From positions 4,836,001 to 4,900,000 of the forward strand of contig JBPQGU010000016.1 in NCBI GenBank assembly GCA_051362555.1: a stretch of 64,000 nt of DNA, written 5' to 3'. The notes beneath the pieces were generated by a model, which was not told the origin of the DNA, ran no database searches, and saw only the letters and a list, made by a program, of their open reading frames with translations. The position numbers were made by a program, and so were the translations under genes. The stretch is from Lingula anatina (lineage: Eukaryota; Animalia; Brachiopoda). Of this stretch, positions 23,101 to 38,100 are shown piece after piece (positions within the stretch are counted from its first letter, which is position 1; each line of letters starts with the position of its first letter).

Positions 23101-26100
23101 CACCTACCTGACACTATAACGAAGAAAAAAATTTTTCATCCCTACCTGGCCCAAATTGAAGAAATCTCACAGTGCCGGCACTGATCAAAATCACTCAAAA
23201 TCACCAAAAATCGACCCGTCTCAGATTTTTCCAAAAAGTGACGAAAATCAATCTACCACACCTGTCATTCATAAAAAATGTGGAAACGCGCCCGGGTCAC
23301 TTCATCAAGGCCCCCAATTCTAGCTTTAAAGATGATCCAAAAATGAGCTCTGAGAACAGAATCTGAGAGGGGGGGGGGGAGACACAGTTTTTGCTCTATT
23401 TCTTCCTTAATGATGACACCACCACTCTTCCAGCACTTTATTCTTACTACAAATGACCGAACACACCTACCTGACACTATAACGAAGAAAAAAATTTTTC
23501 ATCCCTACCTGGCCAAAATTGAAGAAATCTCACAGTGCCGGCACTGATCAAAATCACTCAAAATCACCAAAAATCTACCCGTCTCAGATTTTTCCAAAAA
23601 GTGACGAAAATCAATCTACCACACCTGTCATTCATAAAAAATGTGGAAACGCGCCCGGGTCACTTCATCAAGGCCCCCAATTCTAGCTTTAAAGATGATC
23701 CAAAAATGAGCTCTGAGAACAGAATCTGAGAGGGGGGGGGGGGAGACACAGTTTTTGCTCTATTTCTTCATTAATTATGACACCACCACTCTTCCAGCAC
23801 TTTATTCTTACTACAAATGACCGAACACACCTACCTGACACTATAACGAAGAAAAAAATTTTTCATCACTACCTGGCCAAAATTGAAGAAATCTCACAGT
23901 GCCGGCACTGATCAAAATCACTCAAAATCACCAAAAATCGACCCGTCTCAGATTTTTCCAAAAAGTGACGAAAATCAATCTACCACACCTGTCATTCATA
24001 AAAAATGTGGAAACGCGCCCGGGTCACTTCATCAAGGCCCCCAATTCTAGCTTAAAAGATGATCCAAAAATGAGCTCTGAGAACAGAATCTGAGAGGGGG
24101 GGGAGACACAGTTTTTGCTCTATTTCTTCCTTAATGATGACACCACCACTCTTCCAGCACTTTATTCTTACTACAAATGACCGAACACACCTACCTGACA
24201 CTATAACGAAGAAAAAAATTTTTCATCCCTACCTGGCCAAAATTGAAGAAATCTCACAGTGCCGGCACTGATCAAAATCACTCAAAATCACCAAAAATCG
24301 ACCCGTCTCAGATTTTTCCAAAAAGTGACGAAAATCAATCTACCACACCTGTCATTCATAAAAAATGTGGAAACGCGCCCGGGTCACTTCATCAAGGCCC
24401 CCAATTCTAGCTTTAAAGATGATCCAAAAATGAGCTCTGAGAACAGAATCTGAGAGGGGGGGGGGAGACACAGTTTTTGCTCTATTTCTTCCTTAATGAT
24501 GACACCACCACTCTTCCAGCACTTTATTCTTACTACAAATGACCGAACACACCTACCTGACACTATAACGAAGAAAAAAATTTTTCATCCCTACCTGGCC
24601 AAAATTGAAGAAATCTCACAGTGCCGGCACTGATCAAAATCACTCAAAATCACCAAAAATTGACCCGTCTCATATTTTTCCAAAAAGTGACGAAAATCAA
24701 TCTACCACACCTGTCATTCATAAAAAAAGTGGAAACGCGCCCGGGTCACTTCATCAAGGCCCCCAATTCTAGCTTTAAAGATGATCCAAAAATGAGCTCT
24801 GAGAACAGAATCTGAGAGGGGGGGGGGGGAGACACAGTTTTTGCTCTATTTCTTCCTTAATGATGACACCACCACTCTTCCAGCACTTTATTCTTACTAC
24901 AAATGACCGAACACACCTACCTGACACTATAACGAAGAAAAAAATTTTTCATCCCTACCTGGCCAAAATTGAAGAAATCTCACAGTGCCGGCACTGATCA
25001 AAATCACTCAAAATCACCAAAAATCGACCCGTCTCAGATTTTTCCAAAAAGTGACGAAAATCAATCTACCACACATGTCATTCATAAAAAATGTGGAAAC
25101 GCGCCCGGGTCACTTCATCAAGGCCCCCAATTCTAGCTTTTAAGATGATCCAAAAATGAGCTCTGAGAACAGAATCTGAGAGGGGGGGGGGGGGGAGACA
25201 CAGTTTTTTGCTCTATTTCTTCCTTAATGATGACACCACCACTCTTCCAGCACTTTATTCTTACTACAAATGACCGAACACACCTACCTGACACTATAAC
25301 GAAGAAAAAAATTTTTCATCCCTACCTGGCCAAAATTGAAGAAATCTCACAGTGCCGGCACTGATCAAAATCACTCAAAATCACCAAAAATCGACCCGTC
25401 TCAGATTTTTCCAAAAAGTGACGAAAATCAATCTACCACACCTGTCATTCATAAAAAATGTGGAAACGCGCCCGGGTCACTTCATCAAGGCCCCCAATTC
25501 TAGCTTTAAAGATGATCCAAAAATGAGCTATGAGAACAGAATCTGAGGGGGGGGGGGAGACACAGTTTTTGCTCTATTTCTTCCTTAATGATGACACCAC
25601 CACTCTTCCAGCACTTTATTCTTACTACAAATGACCGAACACACCTACCTGACACTATAACGAAGAAAAAAATTTTTCATCCCTACCTGGCCAAAATTGA
25701 AGAAATCTCACAGTGCCGGCACTGATCAAAATCACTCAAAATCACCAAAATCGACCCGTCTCAGATTTTTCCAAAAAGTGACGAAAATCAATCTACCACA
25801 CCTGTCATTCATAAAAAATGTGGAAACGCGCCCGGGTCACTTCATCAAGGCCCCCAATTCTAGCTTTAAAGATGATCCAAAAATGAGCTCTGAGAACAGA
25901 ATCTGAGAGGGGGGGGGGGGGGAGACACAGTTTTTGCTCTATTTCTTCCTTAATGATGACACCACCACTCTTCCAGCACTTTATTCTTACTACAAATGAC
26001 CGAACACACCTACCTGACACTATAACGAAGAAAAAAATTTTTCATCCCTACCTGGCCAAAATTGAAGAAATCTCACAGTGCCGGCACTGATCAAAATCAC

Positions 26101-29100
26101 TCAAAATCACAAAAATCTACCCGTCTCAGATTTTTCCAAAAAGTGACGAAAATCAATCTACCACACCTGTCATTCATAAAAATGTGGGAAACGCGCCCGG
26201 GTCACTTCATCAAGGCCCCCAATTCTAGCTTTAAAGATGATCCAAAAATGAGCTCTGAGAACAGAATCTGAGAGGGGGGGGGGGGGGGAGACACAGTTTT
26301 TGCTCTATTTCTTCCTTAATGATGACACCACCACTCTTCCAGCACTTTATTCTTACTACAAATGACCGAACACACCTACCTGACACTATAACGAAGAAAA
26401 AAATTTTTCATCCCTACCTGGCCAAAATTGAAGAAATCTCACAGTGCCGGCACTGATCAAAATCACTCAAAATCACCAAAAATCGACCCGTCTCAGATTT
26501 TTCCAAAAAGTGACGAAAATCAATCTACCACACCTGTCATTCATAAAAAATGTGGAAACGCGCCCGGGTCACTTCATCAAGGCCCCCAATTCTAGCTTTA
26601 AAGATGATCCAAAAATGAGCTCTGAGAACAGAATCTGAGAGGGGGGGGGGGGAGACACAGTTTTTGCTCTATTTCTTCCTTAATGATGACACCACCACTC
26701 TTCCAGCACTTTATTCTTACTACAAATGACCGAACACACCTACCTGACACTATAACGAAGAAAAAAATTTTTCATCCCTACCTGGCCAAAATTGAAGAAA
26801 TCTCACAGTGCCGGCACTGATCAAAATCACTCAAAATCACCAAAAATCGACCCGTCTCAGATTTTTCCAAAAAGTGACGAAAATCAATCTACCACACCTG
26901 TCATTCATAAAAAATGTGGAAATGCGCCCGGGTCACTTCATCAAGGCCCCCAATTCTAGCTTTAAAGATGATCCAAAAATGAGCTCTGAGAACAGAATCT
27001 GAGAGGGGGGGGGGAGACACAGTTTTTGCTCTATTTCTTCCTTAATGATGACACCACCACTCTTCCAGCACTTTATTCTTACTACAAATGACCGAACACA
27101 CCTACCTGACACTATAACGAAGAAAAAAATTTTTCATCCCTACCTGGCCAAAATTGAAGAAATCTCACAGTGCCGGCACTGATCAAATCACTCAAAATCA
27201 CCAAAATCGACCCGTCTCAGATTTTTCCAAAAAGTGACGAAAATCAATCTACCACACCTGTCATTCATAAAAAATGTGGAAACAGCGCCCGGGTCACTTC
27301 ATCAAGGCCCCCAATTCTAGCTTTAAAGATGATCCAAAAATGAGCTCTGAGAACAGAATCTGAGAGGGGGGGGGGGGAGACACAGTTTTTGCTCTATTTC
27401 TTCCTTAATGATGACACCACCACTCTTCCAGCACTTTATTCTTACTACAAATGACCTAACACACCTACCTGACACTATAACGAAGAAAAAAATTTTTCAT
27501 CCCTACCTGGCCAAAATTGAAGAAATCTCACAGTGCCGGCACTGATCAAAATCACTCAAAATCACCAAAAATCGACCCGTCTCAAATTTTTCCAAAAAGT
27601 GACGAAAATCAATCTACCACACCTGTCATTCATAAAAAATGTGGAAACACGCCCGGGTCACTTCATCAAGGCCCCCAATTCTAGCTTTAAAGATGATCCA
27701 AAAATGAGCTCTGAGAACAGAATCTGAGAGGGGGGGGGGGGGAGACACAGTTTTTGCTCTATTTCTTCCTTATTGATGACACCACCACTCTTCCAGCACT
27801 TTATTCTTACTACAAATGACCGAACACACCTACCTGACACTATAACGAAGAAAAAAATTTTTCATCCCTACCTGGCCAAAATTGAAAAATCTCACAGTGC
27901 CGGCACTGATCAAAATCACTCAAAATCACCAAAAATCGACCCGTCTCAGATTTTTCCAAAAAGTGACGAAAATCAATCTACCACACCTGTCATTCATAAA
28001 AAATGTGGAAACGCGCCCGGGTCACTTCATCAAGGCCCCCAATTCTAGCTTTAAAGATGATCCAAAAATGAGCTCTGAGAACAGAATCTGAGAGGGGGGG
28101 GGGGGGAGACACAGTTTTTGCTCTATTTCTTCCTTAATGATGACACCACCACTCTTCCAGCACTTTATTCTTACTACAAATGACCGAACACACCTACCTG
28201 GACACTATAACGAAGAAAAAAATTTTTCATCCCTACATGGCCCAAATTGAAGAAATCTCACAGTGCCGGCACTGATCAAAATCACTCAAAATCACCAAAA
28301 TCGACCCGTCTCAGATTTTTCCAAAAAGTGACGAAAATCAATCTACCACACCTGTCATTCATAAAAAATGTGGAAAACGCGCCCGGGTCACTTCATCAAG
28401 GCCCCAATTCTAGCTTTAAAGATGATCCAAAAAATGAGTTCTGAGAACAGAATCTGAGAGGGGGGGGGGACACACAGTTTTTGCTCTATTTCTTCCTTAA
28501 TGATGACACACTGTTCAAAATCACTCAAAATCACCAAAAATCGACCCGTCCTCCGATTTTTCCAAAAAGTGACGAAAATCAATCTACCACACCTGTCATT
28601 CATAAAAAAAATGTGGGAAACGCGTCCCGGGTCACTTCATCAAGGCCCCCAATTCTAGCTTTTAAAGATGATCCAAAAAATGAGCTCTGAGAACAGAAAT
28701 CTGAGAGGGGGGGGGGAGACACAGTTTTTGCTCTAGTTCTTCCCTTAATGATGACACCACCACTCTTCCCAGCACTTTATTCTTACTACAAATGACCGAA
28801 CGACACCTACCTGACACTATAACGAAGAAAAAAATTTTTCATCCCTACCTGGCCAAAAATTGAAGAAATCTCCACAGTGCCGGCACTGTTCAAAATCACT
28901 CAAAATCACCAAAAATCGGACCCGTCTCCGATTTTTCCAAAAAGTGACGAAAATCAATCTACCACACCTGTCATTCATAAAAAATGTGGAAACGCGCCCG
29001 GGTCACTTCATCAAGGCCCCCAATTCTAGCTTTAAAGATGATCCAAAAATGAGCTCTGAGAACAGAATCTGAGAGGGGGGGGGGGGAGACACAGTTTTTG

Positions 29101-32100
29101 CTCTATTTCTTCCTTAATGATGACACCCACCACTCTTCCAGCACTTTATTCTTACTACAAATGACCGAACACACCTACCTGACCACTATAACGAAGAAAA
29201 AAAATTTTTCATCCCTACCTGGCCAAAATTGAAGAAATCTCACAGTGCCGGCACTGTTCAAAATCACTCAAAATCACCAAAAATCGACCCGTCTCCGATT
29301 TTTCCAAAAAGTGACGAAAAATCAATCTACCACACCTGTCATTCATAAAAAATGTGGAAACGCGCCCGGGTCACTTCATCAAGGCCCCCAATTCTAGCTT
29401 TAAAGATGATCCAAAAATGAGCTCTGAGAACAGAATCTGAGAGGGGGGGGGGAGACACAGTTTTTTGCTCTATTTCTTCCTTAATGATGACACCACCACT
29501 CTTCCAGCACTTTATTCTTACTACAAATGGACCGAACACACCTACCTGACACTATAACGAAGAAAAAAATTTTTCATCCCTACCTGGCCAAAATTGAAGA
29601 AATCTCACAGTGCCGGCACTGTTCAAAATCACTCAAAATCACCAAAAATCGACCCGTCTCCGATTTTTCCAAAAAGTGACGAAAATCAATCTACCACACC
29701 TGTCATTCATAAAAAATGTGGAAACGCGCCCGGGTCACTTCATCAAGGCCCCCAATTCTAGCTTTAAAGATGATCCAAAAATGAGCTCTGAGAACAGAAT
29801 CTGAGAGGGGGGGGGGGAGACACAGTTTTTGCTCTATTTCTTCCTTAATGATGACACCACCACTCTTCCAGCACTTTATTCTTACTACAAATGACCGAAC
29901 ACACCTACCTGACACTATAACGAAGAAAAAAATTTTTTCATCCCTACCTGGCCAAAATTGAAGAAAATCTCACAGTGCCGGGCACTGTTCAAAATCACTC
30001 AAAATCACCAAAAATCGACCCGTCTCCGATTTTTCCAAAAAGTGACGAAAATCAATCTACCACACCTGTCATTCATAAAAAAATGTGGAAACGCGCCCGG
30101 GTCACTTCATCAAGGCCCCCAATTCTAGCTTTAAAGATGATCCAAAAATGAGCTCTGAGAACAGAATCTGAGAGGGGGGGGGGGGGAGACACAGTTTTTG
30201 CTCTATTTCTTCCTTAATGATGACACCACCACTCTTCCAGCACTTTATTCTTACTACAAATGACCGAACACACCTACCTGACACTATAACGAAGAAAAAA
30301 ATTTTTCATCCCTACCTGGCCAAAATTGAAGAAATCTCACAGTGCCGGCACTGTTCAAAATCACTCAAAATCACCAAAAATCGACCCGTCTCCGATTTTT
30401 CCAAAAAGTGACGAAAATCAATCTACCACACCTGTCATTCATAAAAAATGTGGGAAACGCGCCCGGGTCACTTCATCAAGGCCCCCAATTCTAGCTTTAA
30501 AGATGATCCAAAAATGAGCTCTGAGAACAGAATCTGAGAGGGGGGGGGGGGGGAGACACAGTTTTTGCTCTATTTCTTCCTTAATGATGACACCACCACT
30601 CTTCCAGCACTTTATTCTTACTACAAATGACCGAACACACCTACCTGACACTATAACGAAGAAAAAAATTTTTCATCCCTACCTGGCCAAAATTGAAGAA
30701 ATCTCACAGTGCCGGCACTGTTCAAAATCACTCAAAATCACCAAAAATCGACCCGTCTCCGATTTTTCCAAAAAGTGACGAAAATCAATCTACCACACCT
30801 GTCATTCATAAAAAATGTGGAAACGCGCCCGGGTCACTTCATCAAGGCCCCCAATTCTAGCTTTAAAGATGATCCAAAAATGAGCTCTGAGAACAGAATC
30901 TGAGAGGGGGGGGGGGGGAGACACAGTTTTTGCTCTATTTCTTCCTTAATGATGACACCACCACTCTTCCAGCACTTTATTCTTACTACAAATGACCGAA
31001 CACACCTACCTGACACTATAACGAAGAAAAAAATTTTTCATCCCTACCTGGCCAAAATTGAAGAAATCTCACAGTGCCGGCACTGTTCAAAATCACTCAA
31101 AATCACCAAAAATCGACCCGTCTCCGATTTTTCCAAAAAGTGACGAAAATCAATCTACCACACCTGTCATTCATAAAAAATGTGGAAACGCGCCCGGGTC
31201 ACTTCATCAAGGCCCCCAATTCTAGCTTTAAAGATGATCCAAAAATGAGCTCTGAGAACAGAATCTGAGAGGGGGGGGGGGGAGACACAGTTTTTGCTCT
31301 ATTTCTTCCTTAATGATGACACCACCACTCTTCCAGCACTTTATTCTTACTACAATTGACCGAACACACCTACCTGACACTATAACGAAGAAAAAAATTT
31401 TTCATCCCTACCTGGCCAAAATTGAAGAAATCTCACAGTGCCGGCACTGTTCAAAATCACTCAAAATCACCAAAAATCGACCCGTCTCCGATTTTTCCAA
31501 AAAGTGACGAAAATCAATCTACCACACCTGTCATTCATAAAAAATGTGGAAACGCGCCCGGGTCACTTCATCAAGGCCCCAATTCTAGCTTTAAAGATGA
31601 TCCAAAAATGAGCTCTGAGAACAGAATCTGAGAGGGGGGGGGGGGAGACACAGTTTTTGCTCTATTTCTTCCTTAATGATGACACCACCACTCTTCCAGC
31701 ACTTTATTCTTACTACAAATGACCGAACACACCTACCTGACACTATAACGAAGAAAAAAATTTTTCATCCCTACCTGGCCAAAATTGAAGAAATCTCACA
31801 GTGCCGGCACTGTTCAAAATCACTCAAAATCACCAAAAATCGACCCGTCTCCGATTTTTCCAAAAAGTGACGAAAATCAATCTACCACACCTGTCATTCA
31901 TAAAAAATGTGGAAACGCGCCCGGGTCACTTCATCAAGGCCCCCAATTCTAGCTTTAAAGATGATCCAAAAATGAGCTCTGAGAACAGAATCTGAGAGGG
32001 GGGGGGGGAGACACAGTTTTTGCTCTATTTCTTCCTTAATGATGACACCACCACTCTTCCAGCACTTTATTCTTACTACAAATGACCGAACACACCTACC

Positions 32101-35100
32101 TGACACTATAACGAAGAAAAAAAATTTTTCATCCCTACCTGGCCAAAATTGAAGAAATCTCACAGTGCCGGCACTGTTCAAAATCACTCAAAATCACCAA
32201 AAATCGACCCTTCTCCGATTTTTCCAAAAAGTGACGAAAATCAATCTACCACACCTGTCATTCATAAAAAATGTGGGAAACGCGCCCGGGTCACTTCATC
32301 AAGGCCCCCAATTCTAGCTTTAAAGATGATCCAAAAATGAGCTCTGAGAACAGAATCTGAGAGGGGGGGGGGGAGACACAGTTTTTGCTCTATTTCTTCC
32401 TTAATGATGACACCACCACTCTTCCAGCACTTTATTCTTACTACAAATGACCGAACACACCTAACTGACACTATAACGAAGAAAAAAATTTTTTCATCCC
32501 TACCTGACCAAAATTGAAGAAATCTCACAGTGCCGGCACTGTTCAAAATCACTCAAAATCACCAAAAATCGACCCGTCTCCGATTTTTCCAAAAAGTGAC
32601 GAAAATCAATCTACCACACCTGTCATTCATAAAAAATGTGGAAACGCGCCCGGGTCCACTTCATCAAGGCCCCCAATTCTAGCTTTAAAGATGATCCAAA
32701 AATGAGCTCTGAGAACAGAATCTGAGAGGGGGGGGGGGAGACACAGTTTTTGCTCTATTTCTTCCTTAATGATGACACCACCCACTCTTCCAGCACTTTA
32801 TTCTTACTACAAATGACCGAACACACCTACCTGACACTATAACGAAGAAAAAAATTTTTCATCCCTACCTGGCCAAAATTGAAGAAATCTCACAGTGCCG
32901 GCACCTGTTCAAAATCACTCAAAATCACCAAAAAATCGACCCGTCTCAGATTTTTCCAAAAAGTGACGAAAATCAATCTACCACACCTGTCATTCATAAA
33001 AAATGTGGAAACGCGCCCGGGTCACTTCATCAAGGCCCAATTCTAGCTTTAAAGATGATCCAAAAATGAGCTCTGAGAACAGAATCTGAGAGGGGGGGGG
33101 GGGGGGAGACACAGTTTTTGCTCTATTTCTTCCTTAATGATGACACCACCACTCTTCCAGCACTTTATTCTTACTACAAATGACCGAACACACCTACCTG
33201 ACACTATAACGAAGAAAAAAAATTTTCATCCCTACCTGGCCAAAATTGAAGAAATCTCACAGTGCCGGCACTGTTCAAAATCACTCAAAATCACCAAAAA
33301 TCGACCCGTCTCCGATTTTTCCAAAAAGTGACGAAAATCAATCTACCACACCTGTCATTCATAAAAAATGTGGAAACGCGCCCGGGTCACTTCATCAAGG
33401 CCCCCAATTCTAGCTTTAAAGATGATCCAAAAATGAGCTCTGAGAACAGAATCTGAGAGGGGGGGGGGGAGACACAGTTTTTTTGCTCTATTTCTTCCTT
33501 AATGATGACACCACCACTCTTCCAGCACTTTATTCTTACTACAAATGACCGAACACACCTACCTGACACTATAACGAAGAAAAAAATTTTTCATCCCTAC
33601 CTGGCCAAAATTGAAGAAATCTCACAGTGCCGGCACTGTTCAAAATCACTCAAAATCACCAAAAATCGACCCGTCTCCGATTTTTCCAAAAAGTGGACGA
33701 AAATCAATCTACCACACCTGTCATTCATAAAAAATGTGGAAACGCGCCCGGGTCACTTCATCAAGGCCCCCAATTCTAGCTTTAAAGATGATCCAAAAAT
33801 GAGCTCTGAGAACAGAATCTGAGAGGGGGGGGGAGACACAGTTTTTGCTCTATTTCTTCCTTAATGATGACACCACCACTCTTCCAGCACTTTATTCTTA
33901 CTACAAATGACCGAACACACCTACCTGACACTATAACGAAGAAAAAAATTTTTTCATCCCTACCTGGCCAAAATTGAAGAAATCTCACAGTGCCGGCACT
34001 GTTCAAAATCACTCAAAATCACAAAAAATCGACCCGTCTCCGATTTTTCCAAAAAGTGACGAAAATCAATCTACCACACCTGTCATTCATAAAAAATGTG
34101 GAAACGCGCCCGGGTCACTTCATCAAGGCAACCAATTCTAGCTTTAAAGATGATCCAAAAATGAGCTCTGAGAACAGAATCTGAGAGGGGGGGGGGAGAC
34201 ACAGTTTTTGCTCTATTTCTTCCTTAATGATGACACCACCACTCTTCCAGCACTTTATTCTTACTACAAATGACCGAACACACCTACCTGACACTATAAC
34301 GAAGAAAAAAATTTTTTCATCCCTACCTGGCCAAAATTGAAGAAATCTCACAGTGCCGGCACTGTTCAAAATCACTCAAAATCACAAAAAATCGACCCGT
34401 CTCCGATTTTTCCAAAAAGTGACGAAAATCAATCTACCACACCTGTCATTCATAAAAAATGTGGAAACGCGCCCTGGTCACTTCATCAAGGCCCCCAATT
34501 CTAGCTTTAAAGATGATCCAAAAATGAGCTCTGAGAACAGAATCTGAGAGGGGGGGGGGGAGACACAGTTTTTTGCTCTATTTCTTCCTTAATGATGACA
34601 CCACCACTCTTCCATCACTTTATTCTTACTACAAATGACCGAACACACCTACCTGACACTATAACGAAGAAAAAAATTTTTCATCCCTACCTGGCCAAAA
34701 TTGAAGAAATCTCACAGTGCCGGCACTGTTCAAAATCACTCAAAATCACCAAAAATCGACCCGTCTCCGATTTTTTCCAAAAAGTGACGAAAATCAATCT
34801 ACCACACCTGTCATTCATAAAAAATGTGGAAACGCGCCCGGGTCACTTCATCAAGGCCCCCAATTCTAGCTTTAAAAATGATCCAAAAATGAGCTCTGAG
34901 AACAGAATCTGAGAGGGGGGGGGGGGAGACACAGTTTTTGCTCTATTTCTTCCTTAATGATGACACCACCACTCTTCCAACACTTTATTCTTACTACAAA
35001 TGACCGAACACACCTACCTGACACTATAACGAAGAAAAAAATTTTTCATCCCTACCTGGCCAAAATTGAAGAAATCTCACAGTGCCGGCACTGTTCAAAA

Positions 35101-38100
35101 TCACTCAAAATCACCAAAAATCGACCCGTCTCCGATTTTTTCCAAAAAGGTGACGAAAATCAATCTACCACACCTGTCATTCATAAAAAATGTGGAAACG
35201 CGCCCGGGTCACTTCATCAAGGCCCCCAATTCTAGCTTTAAAGATGATCCAAAAATGAGCTCTGAGAACAGAATCTGAGAGGGGGGGGGGAGACACAGTT
35301 TTTTGCTCTATTTCTTCCTTAATGATGACACCACCACTCTTCCAACACTTTAGTCTTACTACAAATGAACGAACACACCTACCTGACACTATAACGAAGA
35401 AAAAAATTTTTCATCCCTACCTGGCCAAAATTGAAGAAATCTCACAGTGGCCGGCCACTGTTCAAAATCACTCAAAATCACCAAAAATCGACCCGTCTCC
35501 GATTTTTCCAAAAAGTGACGAAAATCAATCTACCACACCTGTCATTCATAAAAAAATTTGGAAACGCGCCCGGGTCCACTTCATCAAGGCCCCCAATTCT
35601 AGCTTTAAAGATGATCCAAAAATGAGCTCTGAGAACAGAATCTGAGAGGGGGGGGGGGAGACACAGTTTTTGCTCTATTTCTTCCTTAATGATGACACCA
35701 CCACTCTTCCAGCACTTTATTCTTACTACAAATGACCGAACACACCTACCTGACACTATAACGAAGAAAAAAATTTTTCATCCCTACCTGGCCAAAATTG
35801 AAGAAATCTCACAGTGCCGGCACTGTTCAAAATCACTCAAAATCACCAAAAATCGACCCGTCTCCGATTTTTCCAAAAAGTGACGAAAATCAATCTACCA
35901 CACCTGTCATTCATAAAAAATGTGGAAACGCGCCCGGGTCACTTCATCAAGGCCCCCAATTCTAGCTTTAAAGATGATCCAAAAATGAGCTCTGAGAACA
36001 GAATCTGAGAGGGGGGGGGGGGGAGACACAGTTTTTGCGCTATTTCTTCCTTAATGATGACACCACCACTCTTCCAGCACTTTATTCTTACTACAAATGA
36101 CCGAACACACCTACCTGACACTATAACGAAGAAAAAAATTTTTCATCCCTACCTGGCCAAAATTGAAGAAATCTCACAGTGCCGGCACTGTTCAAAATCA
36201 CTCAAAATCACCAAAAATCGACCCTTCTCCGATTTTTCCAAAAAGTGACGAAAATCAATCTACCACACCTGTCATTCATAAAAAATGTGGAAACGCGCCC
36301 GGGTCACTTCATCAAGGCCCCCAATTCTAGCTTTAAAGATGATCCAAAAATGAGCTCTGAGAACAGAATCTGAGAGGGGGGGGGGGGGGAGACACAGTTT
36401 TTGCTCTATTTCTTCCTTAATGATGACACCACCACTCTTCCAGCACTTTATTCTTACTACAAATGACCGAACACACCTACCTGACACTATAACGAAGAAA
36501 AAAAATTTTTCATCCCTACCTGGCCAAAATTGAAGAAATCTCACAGTGCCGGCACTGTTCAAAATCACTCAAAATCACCAAAAATCGACCCGTCTCCGAT
36601 TTTTCCAAAAAAGTGACGAAAATCAATCTACCACACCTGTCATTCATAAACAATGTGGTAACGCGCCCGGGTCACTTCATCAAGGCCCCCAATTCTAGCT
36701 TTAAAGATGATCCAAAAATGAGCTCTGAGAACAGAATCTGAGAGGGGGGGGGGGGAGACACAGTTTTTTGCTCTATTTCTTCCTTAATGATGACACCACC
36801 ACTCTTCCAGCACTTTATTCTTACTACAAATGACCGAACACACCTACCTGACACTATAACGAAGAAAAAAATTTTTTCATCCCTACCTGGCCAAAATTGA
36901 AGAAATCTCACAGTGCCGGCACTGTTCAAAATCACTCAAAATCACCAAAAATCGACCCGTCTCCGATTTTTCCAAAAAGTGACGAAAATCAATCTACCAC
37001 ACCTGTCATTCATAAAAAAAATGTGGAAACGCGCCCGGGTCACTTCATCAAGGCCCCCAATTCTAGCTTTAAAGATGATCCAAAAATGAGCTCTGAGAAC
37101 AGAATCTGAGAGGGGGGGGGGGGAGACACAGTTTTTGCTCAATTTCTTCCTTAATGATGACACCACCACTCTTCCAGCACTTTATTCTTACTACAAATGA
37201 CCGAACACACCTACCTGACACTATAACGAAGAAAAAAAATTTTTCATCCCTACCTGGCCAAAATTGAAGAAATCTCACAGTGCCGGCACTGTTCAAAATC
37301 ACTCAAAATCACCAAAAATCGACCCGTCCTCCGATTTTTTCCAAAAAGTGACGAAAATCAATCTACCACACCTGTCATTCATAAAAAATGTGGAAACGCG
37401 CCCGGGTCACTTCATCAAGGCCCCCAATTCTAGCTTTAAAGATGATCCAAAAATGAGCTCTGAGAACAGAATCTGAGAGGGGGGGGGGGGAGACACAGTT
37501 TTTTGCTCTATTTCTTCCTTAATGATGACACCACCACTCTTCCAGCACTTTATTCTTACTACAAATGACCGAACACACCTACCTGACACTATAACGAAGA
37601 AAAAAATTTTTCATCCCTACCTGGCCAAAATTGAAGAAATCTCACAGTGCCGGCACTGTTCAAAATCACTCAAAATCACCAAAAATCGACCTGTCTCCGA
37701 TTTTTCCAAAAAGTGACGAAAATCAATCTACCACACCTGTCATTCATAAAAAAATGTGCAAACGCGCCCGGGTCACTTCATCAAGGCCCCCAATTCTAGC
37801 TTTAAAGATGATCCAAAAATGAGCTCTGAGAACAGAATCTGAGAGGGGGGGGGGAGACACAGTTTTTGCTCTATTTCTTCCTTAATGATGACACCACCAC
37901 TCTTCCAGCACTTTATTCTTACTACAAATGACCGAACACACCTACCTGACACTATAACGAAGAAAAAAATTTTTTCATCCCTACCTGGCCAAAATTGAAG
38001 AAATCTCACAGTGCGGCACTGTTCAAAATCACTCAAAATCACCAAAAATCGACCCGTCTTCGATTTTTCCAAAAAGTGACGAAAATCAATCTACCACACC

